From contig CAVBUH010000058.1 of assembly GCA_963598415.1 (NCBI GenBank), forward strand, positions 16,421-80,420: DNA of 64,000 bases, in the 5' to 3' direction. The notes under the pieces are model-generated. The model had not been told where the DNA came from. It saw nothing but the letters and a program-made list of their open reading frames with translations, and made no database searches. Below are positions 20,272-30,067 of this stretch, in pieces (positions within the stretch are counted from its first letter, which is position 1; every line of letters begins with the position of its first letter). The stretch is from Selenomonadaceae bacterium. GTDB taxonomy: Bacteria > Bacillota > Clostridia > Oscillospirales > CAG-272. Made by a program: the position numbers and the translations under genes.

Positions 20272-21072
20272 ATGAACGCAAAATACGGGAGAAAACCTCT
20301 GCAAAAGCATGAAAAATCGGAAGTGCTTCCGAAATCCGTATCGTATGTTATCGGACGCAATGCGGTTTCTGAACTGCTGAAGAGCGGTAGGGATATTGAT
20401 AAAATATATATTAAAAAGGGAGAACGGTCAGGTTCTATTACTGTTATTGCAGCGGAAGCGATAAAGCGCGGCATTATAATTGTCGAAGTCGAAAGCACAA
20501 AGCTTGATTTTATGTCAGGCGGACAACCTCATCAGGGCGTGGTTGCTTCGGCTGCGCTCAAGGATTATGCAACTATTGACGATATGTTAAAGCTTGCCGG
20601 GGAGCGTGGTGAAAAGCCGCTTATTGTTATAGCTGACGGTGTAGAGGATCCTCAAAATCTCGGCGCACTTATAAGGGTTGCCGAATGTGCCGGGGCGCAT
20701 GGAATCATTATTCCCAAGCGCAGAGCGGTAGGTCTTACGGAAACGGTTGGAAGAGCTTCTGCCGGTGCAATAGAGCATATTCCGGTTGCAAAGGTAAACA
20801 ACCTTTCCCAAACGATTGAGGAGCTTAAGGATAAAGGACTTTGGATTTTTGCGGCGGAAGCCGGGGGAGAGGTTTATTATACCTCCGATTTGAATTGCCC
20901 GGCGGCTGTAATCCTCGGAAGCGAGGGCTTCGGGATATCAAAACTTCTTAAGGAAAAAAGCGATTTCGTTATATCGATACCTATGTACGGAAAAATAAAT
21001 TCCCTTAATGTGTCTGCTGCCGCAGCGGTTATACTTTGCGAGGCGGCAAGACAAAGAAATGCCGGTGCTTGA
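20272..21072 (+). CDS. rlmB: 23S rRNA (guanosine-2'-O)-methyltransferase, SpoU/TrmH family (RlmB-like)
   Basis: N-terminal substrate-binding domain (GRNAVSELLKSG) and SpoU motifs DPQNLGALIRVAECAG, LGSEGFGIS, SLNVSAAAAV. Confidence 0.88.
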   Translation: MNAKYGRKPLQKHEKSEVLPKSVSYVIGRNAVSELLKSGRDIDKIYIKKGERSGSITVIAAEAIKRGIIIVEVESTKLDFMSGGQPHQGVVASAALKDYATIDDMLKLAGERGEKPLIVIADGVEDPQNLGALIRVAECAGAHGIIIPKRRAVGLTETVGRASAGAIEHIPVAKVNNLSQTIEELKDKGLWIFAAEAGGEVYYTSDLNCPAAVILGSEGFGISKLLKEKSDFVISIPMYGKINSLNVSAAAAVILCEAARQRNAGA

Positions 21073-21101
21073 TATGAATAGGGAAGGGAGATGGAAAATC
21101 A

Positions 21102-23939
21102 ATGGACAATAAGCATGACAATGACATATCTGCAGACGACTTGCTTGCAAAATTGAAAGCCAATATGGCAAAGACGGAAGAGTCTCAAGATAAATTCGAT
21201 ACGGATGCCGATAAGAAAAAGAAATATAGGTTCAGACGTACAGAAAAGAATATTTCTGCAGTAACGGAGAATGAGATCCTTCGTGAGATGCCGGAAAAAA
21301 ACACCACAGGATTTATAAGTCCCATTCCGAAATCTGATATTGCGGATCTCGATATAGACGCCCTTATGAAGAAATATCTTCCGGAAGACGAGTATGAAAA
21401 GCTTTCGAGGAAGAATACTCCGGTTAACCGGGAACAAGAGGAAGAGCTTGTAAGGACATTGACATCGATAGACACGGTAAGGATTTCTCAAACAGAAGAG
21501 TCAAACGATGAAAATTCTGTTAATCAATTGGCAGCTTCTGAAGAGAATGGGGATAAATATGATTATGATAATAAATATTCCGATGACGAAGCGTATACTG
21601 CTCCCGACAGAGAGCTTTTCTCTGCACTAAGCGACGGAGGAAGGGTTTGCGATATTCCAGAGGATATAGACTCCGGTGACGGCAGTGATACCAGAGCAGT
21701 TCTTCTGCGTCAAGCAGTTTCTCAGGAGAATACATTCTTTTCTGATGAAATCCAAGAAATCCGTGTATCGGAGATCAATTCCGATGCGTCGGAGGCCGTG
21801 AAAGCCGATTCCGACAAAACGGCTGAAATATCCGTTCCGGAGAAATCGGATATAGAAAGAAATGAGGCAGTTCCTCAGAATTCTGATACAATTGTTTTTG
21901 ACTTGGATAATGTATCTGTCAACACTATTGCGGAGGAGAACAATTTATTAGGTAATGAGGATGATAAAAATACCTCTTTGGAAAAAGAAAATAAAGATAT
22001 CCCGACGGATTCCGTAGATTTAACTGAGGGTGTCCCCGAAACAGCCTCCGAGTCTGATTTTGACGAGACGGATGCCAATCTTATGATAGCTTTTGGGATG
22101 GACGATGAGCTTGAAAAAGCGATGGGCAAAGAAAATGCCGATAAGCTGCGTTCGGATATGGAAAATTTGTATCCAGATGACCAAACCAAGAAGAAAAAAG
22201 TAAGAGAAGACAGAAAAACGCCTATTAAAGAATTTATTTCTCCTGTCGAAGCCAAGGAGATATTCGAATCGTATAAGACAGAATTCGGGAAAAATGCGCT
22301 TTCGCTGTTCGGAATTATTGCGATTGTTATAATATTGTTTTTCTATGAGAATATTACTATACTTGGCGGACATTTGCCGGACGCCCTGAATCCGGAATAT
22401 TATCCTATTGTCTATATCATGACAGGCTTGCAGTTTCTTTTTCTCGGTTTTGCAATCGCCTTTCAAAGTCTTGTTAAGGGTATTCGCGGACTAATTGACA
22501 GAAAGCCGATTCCTGAGAGCTTTTTACCGTTGATTCTTCTGGTCAGTGTGGCTTATTCAATTGCCGTATGCTTTTTTGAACCGGGAGCTGTTCCCGTTTC
22601 CTTTTATTTTCCTTCATCCATATGCCTGTTGCTATCGGTTCTTAACGAAAGAATGGATTTGCGCAGAGAGATAATGACTTTTAATATAGTTTCCTCAAAG
22701 CGTACTAAATTTGCTCTTGAAAAGCTTGAACTGAATGATGCCGAGCTTGAGGCGAAGGCTTTCGATGAATTTCTTCCTAAACAGCCTGCTGTTTTTAAAA
22801 TAAATAAAACAGCATTTATTGACGGATATTTTCACCGTACAAAGGCATATCCGAGTATAAAACTGATTCTTAAAGCGTTTATTCCTGTTTCTGCGGCGAT
22901 TGTTGTGGCTTCCTTTATTATGGGCTTCATCTTTATGAAGAATTGGCAGGATTCTGCTATGTTTGCCTATACTGCCTTTTTCTTCTCTCTCCCCGCTACG
23001 GTTTTTATTGCGTTTGGCCTGCCGGCTTTCCGCGCATCTAAGCTGGCATTTGCCGATAACAGTGCTTTTGTGGGAGAAGCCGCTCTTGATGAGTATACTT
23101 CAGCCGGTTCTATTTCGTTTGATGATCGAGAAGTTTTTCCGACAAGCGGAGTGAAGCTTAAAAGCGTAAAAGTGTTCGGCTCGGGGAGAATTGATACGGT
23201 TATTTATAATGTGGCAAGTATATATTCTCTTTTGGGAGGACCTCTTTCGGATGTTCTTAATGTTGCAACAGCTGATCTCGGTCGTTCGGATAACACGGAG
23301 ATACTGTCAATTGATAATGAAGGAGTAGAGGCTGTTGTTGATGGTCGTCATCTCTATGCGGGAAAAGCGGATTATCTTCGTAAAAACGGGTATATACCTG
23401 TTTCCGATCCTGACGACGAGGAAATTGTTGAGGATGGGGAAATAAGTATCATGTTCCTTGTCTGCGATGATGAGGTTGTTGCCAAGCTTTATGTAAAGTA
23501 CAGAATCGATCCTGGATTTGAAACAACCCTCAAACGGCTGTATAAATCCGGAATTTGCGTAGGGGTAAAGACGGTAGATCCTAATATTAACGACGAGATG
23601 CTCAGCACGAAAATCAAGCTTTCCAAGTATCCGGTTAGGGTGCTCAAGTACAGTGATATCTCGGAAAGCCGCAGGGGAAGCGACAGAACCGACAGCGGCA
23701 TTGTATCAAAAAAATCTGCTAAAGCTCTGCTGCGAATATTTACGCTTTGTGATAAAATCAAGCATGTAACAAAAGCAAATATCGCTGTTAATATCATAAC
23801 GATGGTAAGCGGTCTTGCTATCTGTGCTGTAGTGGCGGCTTTGGGAAATGTCGCTGGGGTTTCCTCTTTGTATGTTGCGCTGTTTCAGCTTTTTTGGATC
23901 ATTCCGGTGTATTTGATGTCAAAATTCATGTTGCTCTGA
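21102..23939 (+). CDS. Membrane protein with acidic N-terminal region and degenerate P1B-type ATPase-like architecture
   Basis: 945 aa. ~370 aa D/E/S-rich low-complexity N-terminus, then TM helices and a P/N-domain-like region collinear with CopA-type ATPases. Signature motifs are altered (FDDREVF for FDKTGTLT, VKTVDPN for LTGDN, no GDGxND). Confidence 0.65.
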   Translation: MDNKHDNDISADDLLAKLKANMAKTEESQDKFDTDADKKKKYRFRRTEKNISAVTENEILREMPEKNTTGFISPIPKSDIADLDIDALMKKYLPEDEYEKLSRKNTPVNREQEEELVRTLTSIDTVRISQTEESNDENSVNQLAASEENGDKYDYDNKYSDDEAYTAPDRELFSALSDGGRVCDIPEDIDSGDGSDTRAVLLRQAVSQENTFFSDEIQEIRVSEINSDASEAVKADSDKTAEISVPEKSDIERNEAVPQNSDTIVFDLDNVSVNTIAEENNLLGNEDDKNTSLEKENKDIPTDSVDLTEGVPETASESDFDETDANLMIAFGMDDELEKAMGKENADKLRSDMENLYPDDQTKKKKVREDRKTPIKEFISPVEAKEIFESYKTEFGKNALSLFGIIAIVIILFFYENITILGGHLPDALNPEYYPIVYIMTGLQFLFLGFAIAFQSLVKGIRGLIDRKPIPESFLPLILLVSVAYSIAVCFFEPGAVPVSFYFPSSICLLLSVLNERMDLRREIMTFNIVSSKRTKFALEKLELNDAELEAKAFDEFLPKQPAVFKINKTAFIDGYFHRTKAYPSIKLILKAFIPVSAAIVVASFIMGFIFMKNWQDSAMFAYTAFFFSLPATVFIAFGLPAFRASKLAFADNSAFVGEAALDEYTSAGSISFDDREVFPTSGVKLKSVKVFGSGRIDTVIYNVASIYSLLGGPLSDVLNVATADLGRSDNTEILSIDNEGVEAVVDGRHLYAGKADYLRKNGYIPVSDPDDEEIVEDGEISIMFLVCDDEVVAKLYVKYRIDPGFETTLKRLYKSGICVGVKTVDPNINDEMLSTKIKLSKYPVRVLKYSDISESRRGSDRTDSGIVSKKSAKALLRIFTLCDKIKHVTKANIAVNIITMVSGLAICAVVAALGNVAGVSSLYVALFQLFWIIPVYLMSKFMLL

Positions 23940-24003
23940 AGAATTGTTCTTTTTCATTTTTACAGTACGGATCGCATTTCGAACCCGTATAAACAAAATT
24001 GGC

Positions 24004-24031
24004 GCTGTCATAAGACCGGCAGCCCTTTTTT
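24004..24031 (+). terminator. Weak intrinsic terminator candidate
   Basis: GCTGTC / GGCAGC stem followed by CCTTTTTTG. Confidence 0.4.
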
Positions 24032-24085
24032 GTGTATCAGCTTGCTGAAAGCTTATTGGACTTACATTTTGAAAGGAATTTAACT

Positions 24086-25945
24086 ATGGATAATAAAATG
24101 AGAGGAGTACTGAAGCAGGTTCTTAAGCCGGGGAGATATACCGGCGGAGAATACGGTCAGGTGGTTAAGGATAAGAATAAAGTAAAAGCCAGATTTGCTT
24201 TTTGCTTTCCCGATACCTATGAAATAGGAATGTCCAATCTCGGCGTGAGACTGCTTTACGGCGTACTGAACCGTGAGCCAGATATCTGGTGCGAGCGCGT
24301 ATATGCTCCATGGGTTGACATGGAGGAAAAAATGCGTGAAAATCATATCCGACTCTATGCACATGAGAGCGGGGATCCTGTCCGTGATTTTGATATCGTA
24401 GGTTTTACGCTTCAATATGAGCTTAGCTATACCAATGTACTGAATATGCTCGATCTTGCCGGTATTCCGCTTTTGTCGGAAGAGCGGGGAGAGGATTGTC
24501 CGATCATAGTCGGAGGAGGTCCCTGTGCTTATAACGCGGAGCCTGTTGCGGATTTCTTTGACGTATTCAGTATAGGTGAGGGAGAAGAGGCTCTTGTTGA
24601 GATGACAAGACTCTATATTGATATGAAGGAGTCAGGGGAGTATACAAAGCTTGCGTTTCTTCACAGACTTGCAAAAATTCCGGGTTTTTATGTTCCGTCT
24701 TTTTACAGCGTTAGTTATAATGCGGACGGCACGATTTCCTCCTATACTCCCAAGTATGACAACATTCCGATCAAGATAACAAAGCGAATTATTAAGGATA
24801 TGGATCAAGCTTATTTCCCGGACAGGCTTGTTATGCCGTATATTGAAACGGTTCATGACCGAATCGTACTTGAGGTATATCGGGGCTGCATCAGAGGCTG
24901 CCGCTTCTGTCAGGCGGGAATTATTTTTCGCCCGGTAAGAGAGAAAACGCCTGAGATTTTGAACGAGCAGGCGAAATGTTTATACGAAAGCAGCGGATTT
25001 GATGAAATTTCGCTTTCCTCACTGAGTATAAGCGATTATTCGGAGCTTACCAAGCTGACCGATTTGCTTCTTGAATGGACAAATGAATCGAAGGTAAGTC
25101 TCAGCCTGCCCTCTCTGAGAATTGACAGCTTCACAAAGGAGCTGATGGATAAAATTTCTACCGTCAGAACAGGCGGACTCACCTTTGCTCCTGAGGCGGG
25201 GACGCAAAGACTTCGCGACGCCATTAATAAAAATGTTTGTGAAGACGACCTTATGAAAGCCTGCCGCACTGCTTTTGAGGCTGGAAAAAATTCGGTAAAA
25301 TTATATTTTATGAACGGTCTTCCAACCGAAACAATGGAGGATATCGCGGGAATTGCGGAGCTTGCCAAAAAGGTTGACAGAGAGTTTTACAAGGCATCTT
25401 TGAGACCGAAGGGAAAGTCTCCTGCGGTTACCATCAGTGTTTCCTGCTTTGTTCCGAAGCCTTTTACATCATTTCAATGGGAAGGACAGGACAGCCTTGA
25501 AGCCCTTGTGGAAAAGCAGAACTATTTGAGAGACTGTATAAGAGGAGAAAAGCATATCCGTTACAATTGGCATGAGGCAAAGGTAAGCCGTATTGAGGCG
25601 GTATTTGCGAGAGGAGACAGGAGACTCGGACGCGCTCTTCTGGAAGCGCATCGGCTTGGAATTAAGTTTGATGGATGGGATGAGTTTTTCAGCTATGACA
25701 AATGGCTTGAAGCCTTCGCACATTCGGGAATCGATCCTTCTTTTTATGCCAATCGTACTTTTGCGCTTGATGAGGTTCTTCCTTGGGATATCATTGACTG
25801 CGGCGTAAATAAGGAATTTTTCCTGCGTGAAAGAGCCAAAGCATATCATTCTGAAACAACCCCTAATTGCCGTGAGCATTGTTCAGGCTGCGGTGCAAAT
25901 AAGCTCGGAGGTGTAAGGTCATGCTGCCCAGGTCTGTCAGATTGA
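24086..25945 (+). CDS. B12-binding domain radical SAM protein (TIGR03960-like)
   Basis: RYTGGEYG N-terminus and CIRGCRFCQAG radical SAM cluster motif. Paired with the downstream DUF2344 gene. Start moved to ATG 24086. Confidence 0.85.
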   Translation: MDNKMRGVLKQVLKPGRYTGGEYGQVVKDKNKVKARFAFCFPDTYEIGMSNLGVRLLYGVLNREPDIWCERVYAPWVDMEEKMRENHIRLYAHESGDPVRDFDIVGFTLQYELSYTNVLNMLDLAGIPLLSEERGEDCPIIVGGGPCAYNAEPVADFFDVFSIGEGEEALVEMTRLYIDMKESGEYTKLAFLHRLAKIPGFYVPSFYSVSYNADGTISSYTPKYDNIPIKITKRIIKDMDQAYFPDRLVMPYIETVHDRIVLEVYRGCIRGCRFCQAGIIFRPVREKTPEILNEQAKCLYESSGFDEISLSSLSISDYSELTKLTDLLLEWTNESKVSLSLPSLRIDSFTKELMDKISTVRTGGLTFAPEAGTQRLRDAINKNVCEDDLMKACRTAFEAGKNSVKLYFMNGLPTETMEDIAGIAELAKKVDREFYKASLRPKGKSPAVTISVSCFVPKPFTSFQWEGQDSLEALVEKQNYLRDCIRGEKHIRYNWHEAKVSRIEAVFARGDRRLGRALLEAHRLGIKFDGWDEFFSYDKWLEAFAHSGIDPSFYANRTFALDEVLPWDIIDCGVNKEFFLRERAKAYHSETTPNCREHCSGCGANKLGGVRSCCPGLSD

Positions 25946-26532
25946 AATTTACCAAAACCGGTAGTCTTCAGTTTATATCACATCTTGATTTGAATCGCAC
26001 AATGAAGACCGTTATGATACGTGCGAAGATACCGATTCATTATACCGAAGGATTCAATCCCCATCCCAAAATGGTTTTTGCGCTTCCGCTTTCTATCGGA
26101 GCAGAGAGCGTTTGTGAGCTTCTTGATATAAAGGTTGATAAAGAGCTTTGCGATGATGAGATCGTGAGACGATTGAACTTGTCTCTTCCGTCTGAGATGA
26201 GAGTACTGGAAGCCTATACTCCGGAAACAAAATTCACGGACATTCGCTATGCCGAGTATGAAATTTGTTCCGAAGAACCAATGGATGTATCTCCGTTGTC
26301 AAGTGATTCGATAATTGTGATGAAGCGTACCAAAAGCGGCACAAAGGAAAGCGACATAAGACCTCTGATAAAAAGCTGGAACAGAACCGACAGCGGCTTA
26401 AGCTGTGTGCTTTCCGCTGATAGTGCCGACTATCTGAATCCGGAATATATTGCTTCGCTTTTTCATCTTAAGGATTATTGTATCATGCGACGTAAAGTGC
26501 TGCTTGCGGACGGAATTACGGAATTCAGATAA
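25921..26532 (+). CDS. Radical-SAM-associated protein (TIGR03936/DUF2344-like)
   Basis: LKFTKTGSLQFISHLDLNRTMKTVMIRAKIPIHYTEGFNPHPKMVFALPLSIG is the family signature. Overlaps the upstream gene by 25 nt. Confidence 0.85.
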   Translation: MLPRSVRLKFTKTGSLQFISHLDLNRTMKTVMIRAKIPIHYTEGFNPHPKMVFALPLSIGAESVCELLDIKVDKELCDDEIVRRLNLSLPSEMRVLEAYTPETKFTDIRYAEYEICSEEPMDVSPLSSDSIIVMKRTKSGTKESDIRPLIKSWNRTDSGLSCVLSADSADYLNPEYIASLFHLKDYCIMRRKVLLADGITEFR

Positions 26533-26902
26533 TGCTGGAAAAATTCAGAGAATCGGAGATGCGCAGCGCGGTGATCGCTTCGACAAGTATTCTGCGCGCC
26601 GCGATGTAATCGGCGGACGAACCATGCTCATAGTAATCGCAGGTGTTATAAAGCGCTGCTGTGACCGCTGTGATATATCCGGCTTTGGCTGCGCAAAGCA
26701 GACGCGGCTTTGCAGATTCCCATAATTCTTCTGCCTGCTCGATTGCCAATGCCGGCGAACATGCACTATCGTCAAGCTTTTCCGGAAAGCATGCTTCAAG
26801 TTCAAGCAGCTTTGCGGTTACCTTATCGATATAGATACAGTTCAGAACGGAACAGATCATCAGTACGGCAAGAATGATCAATGAAGCGACAAAGGATTTC
26901 AT
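26525..26902 (-). CDS. DUF4363 family protein
   Basis: Signal anchor plus helical domain. Canonical pairing (ATGA overlap) with the DUF421 gene upstream. Confidence 0.7.
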   Translation of the reverse strand: MKSFVASLIILAVLMICSVLNCIYIDKVTAKLLELEACFPEKLDDSACSPALAIEQAEELWESAKPRLLCAAKAGYITAVTAALYNTCDYYEHGSSADYIAARRILVEAITALRISDSLNFSSII

Positions 26903-27531
26903 TTCTTTTTCTCCTTTTCTTTTTCGATATAGTAGGAACGGTTTCCATCGGTTGTCATAAGGAAAAGATTTTCAAGCTTTCTTTTGTCAGATGAAAGCCG
27001 TGCGGCAAGCCATAGTTCGTCTTTCCCAAGTAGCTTCAGAAAATGGGTGTTTGCTTTTCCGTCAACTATAACCGGCAGAGCAAGCTTGTCAGATTTCGTA
27101 AAGGCGGATATCTGCCCGTTATGCTCAAGAAAACAGAATTCAAGTTCTGAAATATCCGAAACGTCTTTAAGACGGAGAGAACTGATCAGTTCATCCGCAC
27201 TCAGGCGCTGTTTGTTCAGGGCATGCAGATTGAGCTTTCCGTTTGAAATAATGACGGTTGGAGGCGGCTCAAACATTTTTTTGAAAAATAACGATTTTGT
27301 GGTAATGAAGGATATGATAATTTCAAGTGAAACGAGAAGAAGAATAGGAAGTATTGCATATATCAGAGGAATGTCAGGATCAGATAGAGGAGCGGCGGCT
27401 ACTTCCGATATTAAGAAAGCGGTTGTCAGCTCCGAGAGCTGCATTTCACCTACCTGTCGTTTTCCGGTCAGCCTAATGGATGCAATCAGAATAATGTAAA
27501 TAATAAGTGTTCTTATCAGTATAGGAAACAT
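26899..27531 (-). CDS. DUF421 domain membrane protein (YetF-like)
   Basis: RLTGKRQVGEMQLSELTTAFLISEVAA is the typical DUF421 N-terminal region. Confidence 0.85.
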   Translation of the reverse strand: MFPILIRTLIIYIILIASIRLTGKRQVGEMQLSELTTAFLISEVAAAPLSDPDIPLIYAILPILLLVSLEIIISFITTKSLFFKKMFEPPPTVIISNGKLNLHALNKQRLSADELISSLRLKDVSDISELEFCFLEHNGQISAFTKSDKLALPVIVDGKANTHFLKLLGKDELWLAARLSSDKRKLENLFLMTTDGNRSYYIEKEKEKKK

Positions 27532-27850
27532 TTATAGCCTCTTATAAAAATCTTAATATGGATATTTTGTTCGATCACTGTTTTATTATTTACTTTAAGC
27601 TTATAAATATGTGTCCTTTTTACCTAAAAAGGATAGAAAATGAGAGAAGTTTTTCATCTCCGGATTAAGGAATCACAGAATAAATCGTCAACGTATTTTT
27701 CCGGCAGATTTTTTGCCTTCCGTTCAAAAAATCATCTTGGGAATCTGCTGTTTGATTTATTTAGTGATTTCTTAAAGGCAGAACGAGTCTGTGAAGATTT
27801 CCTGATGGGGGATATTCTGCGTTCTTTTCTGTTGCCTCGTTTCTTTTTAT

Positions 27851-28030
27851 TTAAGGCAACACCGCCGGGTGCACGGTTAATGCCTTTGTTGCACATTTGC
27901 TTGCGTCTTTTCCGTCAACCTTCACCAATTTCATCGGCAGAGGAGTCACGCTTTCCTCCTCAATTGGTATTGTCTGACGAAAAATCCGGCGGCGCAACTG
28001 TACAACAATCATTGTGCGGTATTACCTTAA
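27851..28030 (-). mobile_element. MITE-like palindromic repeat, family 1, subfamily 1 (copy B)
   Basis: 180 bp, TTAAGGCAACACCGCC ... GTGCGGTATTACCTTAA, with the core CCTCCTCAATTGGTATTGTCTGACGAAAAATCC. Confidence 0.9.
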
Positions 28031-28101
28031 TTTTGAACAGCGATTTTGCTATGCAAAATTCGGGAAAGGAAGCTTTCGATTTATGAAGGCTATAGTCTAA
28101 A

Positions 28102-28824
28102 ATGCTTGACGAAAAAATTTTTAAAACGCTCGGTATTCTCGGGGGACTTGGTCCTATGGCAACCGTTTATTTCTATGAAATGCTTACCGAGCATACAAGG
28201 GTTTCCTGTGATCAGGAGCATATAAATATTATCATTTCAAGCCGGGCAACAACACCGGACAGAACGGCTTATATACTTGGTAAAAGTAAAGAGAATCCGC
28301 TTCCGGTTATGGTGGAGGAGGCACACCGTCTTGTCTCCGCAGGAGCTGATGTAATTGTCCTCCCCTGCAATACGGCACATTATTTTTATGATGAGCTAAG
28401 CCGTGCAACAGGTGTTCCGATTATCAATATTATTACCGAGACGGTCTCTTATTGTCTGCAAAATGGTATGAAAAAAATCGGATTGCTTGCAACCGAAGGG
28501 ACTGTCCAATCGCAGGCATACGGAAATGTATGTAAAAATTCCGGAATATCGGTTGCTTATCCCTGCCGGGAATCTCAAAAGCTGATTAACGAGATTATTT
28601 ACGATGAGATTAAACAGGGAAAGGATGCCGATATGGAAAAGTTCGGAAGGGTTGCTTATGAACTCAGGGGGCAGGGGTGCGATACGCTTGTTCTCGGATG
28701 TACGGAGTTGTCTTTGCTGAAAAAAAGCGGGCATCTCGGAAAGTATTATACCGATTCTCTTGAGGTTCTTGCTGCAGTGACAATTGAGAGATGCGGAAAA
28801 ACGCCGGTAGGATTTGATTTATAA
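28102..28824 (+). CDS. Aspartate/glutamate racemase family protein (aspartate racemase-like)
   Basis: LGILGGLGPMATVYFY, VLPCNTAHYF and LGCTELSLL, with two catalytic Cys regions. Confidence 0.88.
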   Translation: MLDEKIFKTLGILGGLGPMATVYFYEMLTEHTRVSCDQEHINIIISSRATTPDRTAYILGKSKENPLPVMVEEAHRLVSAGADVIVLPCNTAHYFYDELSRATGVPIINIITETVSYCLQNGMKKIGLLATEGTVQSQAYGNVCKNSGISVAYPCRESQKLINEIIYDEIKQGKDADMEKFGRVAYELRGQGCDTLVLGCTELSLLKKSGHLGKYYTDSLEVLAAVTIERCGKTPVGFDL

Positions 28825-28951
28825 AAGAAAGGCGGTGTAAAAAAGTGAAACTTTTTTGAACATCGCCTTGAAATATTCCTTTCCGGTGTCTTGCCTAAGC
28901 GCAAGCACAAAATCTGTTGCTTCCCGGAGCGAAGTAGGAGAAATTTGAAAA

Positions 28952-28980
28952 ATCACGAACGTCTGTCCGTGATTTTTTTT
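28952..28980 (+). terminator. Intrinsic terminator
   Basis: ATCACG / CGTGAT stem followed by an 8 nt T-run. Confidence 0.6.
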
Positions 28981-29132
28981 GTTGGCTATAAAAAATATTA
29001 AGCTTTTTATAGCTTTCCTATTTGAAAGTTGAGTTCTCTGACTCCAAGTTGAGTTAATTGTAATTTTTGTCTTTTAGTTTAGCGGAATCTTATCTGAAAT
29101 ATTATATATCTTATCTAAGATTAGTTTTATTT

Positions 29133-29648
29133 TTATAATTTTAACCTCCTGAATTGTTTGTCTGACAGATAATAATATCCTGATTCTCCGTTTTTAATAT
29201 AATGTATCACAATTTCCCCGCTATCGGAATCGATTTCAACAATTTGCAGACGGTGCGACATGGCGTCCGACTTTGAGACTGCGGCGTCAGAAAAAATAAA
29301 GTAGGTAATGCCGCTGTATTTTTCTTTTATGCCGGTGAAGAAGCTGCGTTCTTCGACATTGGTAAAACGAACGCCCTTTTGCTTCAGATCTACATACCTT
29401 GTTTCGTTTACGGTAACGGTTCCTTCCGCTTCGGTCGGCTTAAAGAAAAATCGGTAGAAAGATAAACTTATCGTTACGGATACCGGTTCGCCGTCTGCCG
29501 ATACTGCGGTCGCTGTCGATGAAATCTTAATAGGAAAATGGTACCACACGGTAAAAACGGAAATGACTGTAATGCAAAATAAGAATAATATCTTTTTTTT
29601 ATGATGTTTTAGTTTACCGAATAGTGATCGGAAGAAAGAAACCATCAT
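29133..29648 (-). CDS. Hypothetical membrane-anchored protein
   Basis: ORF with AAGGAG 5-6 nt before ATG 29648 and an N-terminal TM helix (ILFLFCITVISVFTVWY). No family recognised. Confidence 0.55.
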   Translation of the reverse strand: MMVSFFRSLFGKLKHHKKKILFLFCITVISVFTVWYHFPIKISSTATAVSADGEPVSVTISLSFYRFFFKPTEAEGTVTVNETRYVDLKQKGVRFTNVEERSFFTGIKEKYSGITYFIFSDAAVSKSDAMSHRLQIVEIDSDSGEIVIHYIKNGESGYYYLSDKQFRRLKL

Positions 29649-30000
29649 CTGTTCTCCTTGCAAATATAATTATGTTAATATGACGGAAGAAAAGGAAAGA
29701 TACTGACCCTTATCGGATTACAGAATTTATGGTGTACTTTACGATACATGGATATATCCTCCTTATATATTATTCTATCATAATTATATACTTATTTTTG
29801 TTTATTGTCAACGCTTATTTTGGCTAATAATCTTAGAGATATTAATAGAACAAGTTTAAAATTGGCATTTATTACATAAAAAGAGAAATACAACATGACT
29901 TATTTTCTTTTTTTGAGAGGAAATATTGCCTATAAATAGTGTTTATCAAGCGAAAAAAACGGGTATATTTCCGAACTTAAAGGACATATTCAGAATATTA

Positions 30001-30029
30001 TTGCAAAATTCCGGTATATGTTGTATAAT
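30001..30029 (+). promoter_or_regulatory. Sigma-A type promoter candidate for purB-purA
   Basis: TTGCAA (30001-30006), 17 nt spacer, TATAAT (30024-30029). Confidence 0.5.
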
Positions 30030-30067
30030 AAAATGTAAAAAACAAAAATCGAGGGTTGGAGGACAAG

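Noticed and set aside
27640-28086. ORFs in the supplied track that run through family 1 repeat copies (27640-28086 +, 35594-35791 -, 59107-59340 -) and give similar peptides (..PLLHICL.LFR...SDEKSGGAT.QQSLCGI..).
   Set aside because: The similarity simply reflects repeated DNA. Differences between copies are mostly non-synonymous, copy J has a TAG where copy C has CAG in this frame, there are no credible starts or ribosome-binding sites, and the frame is not maintained in subfamily 2.
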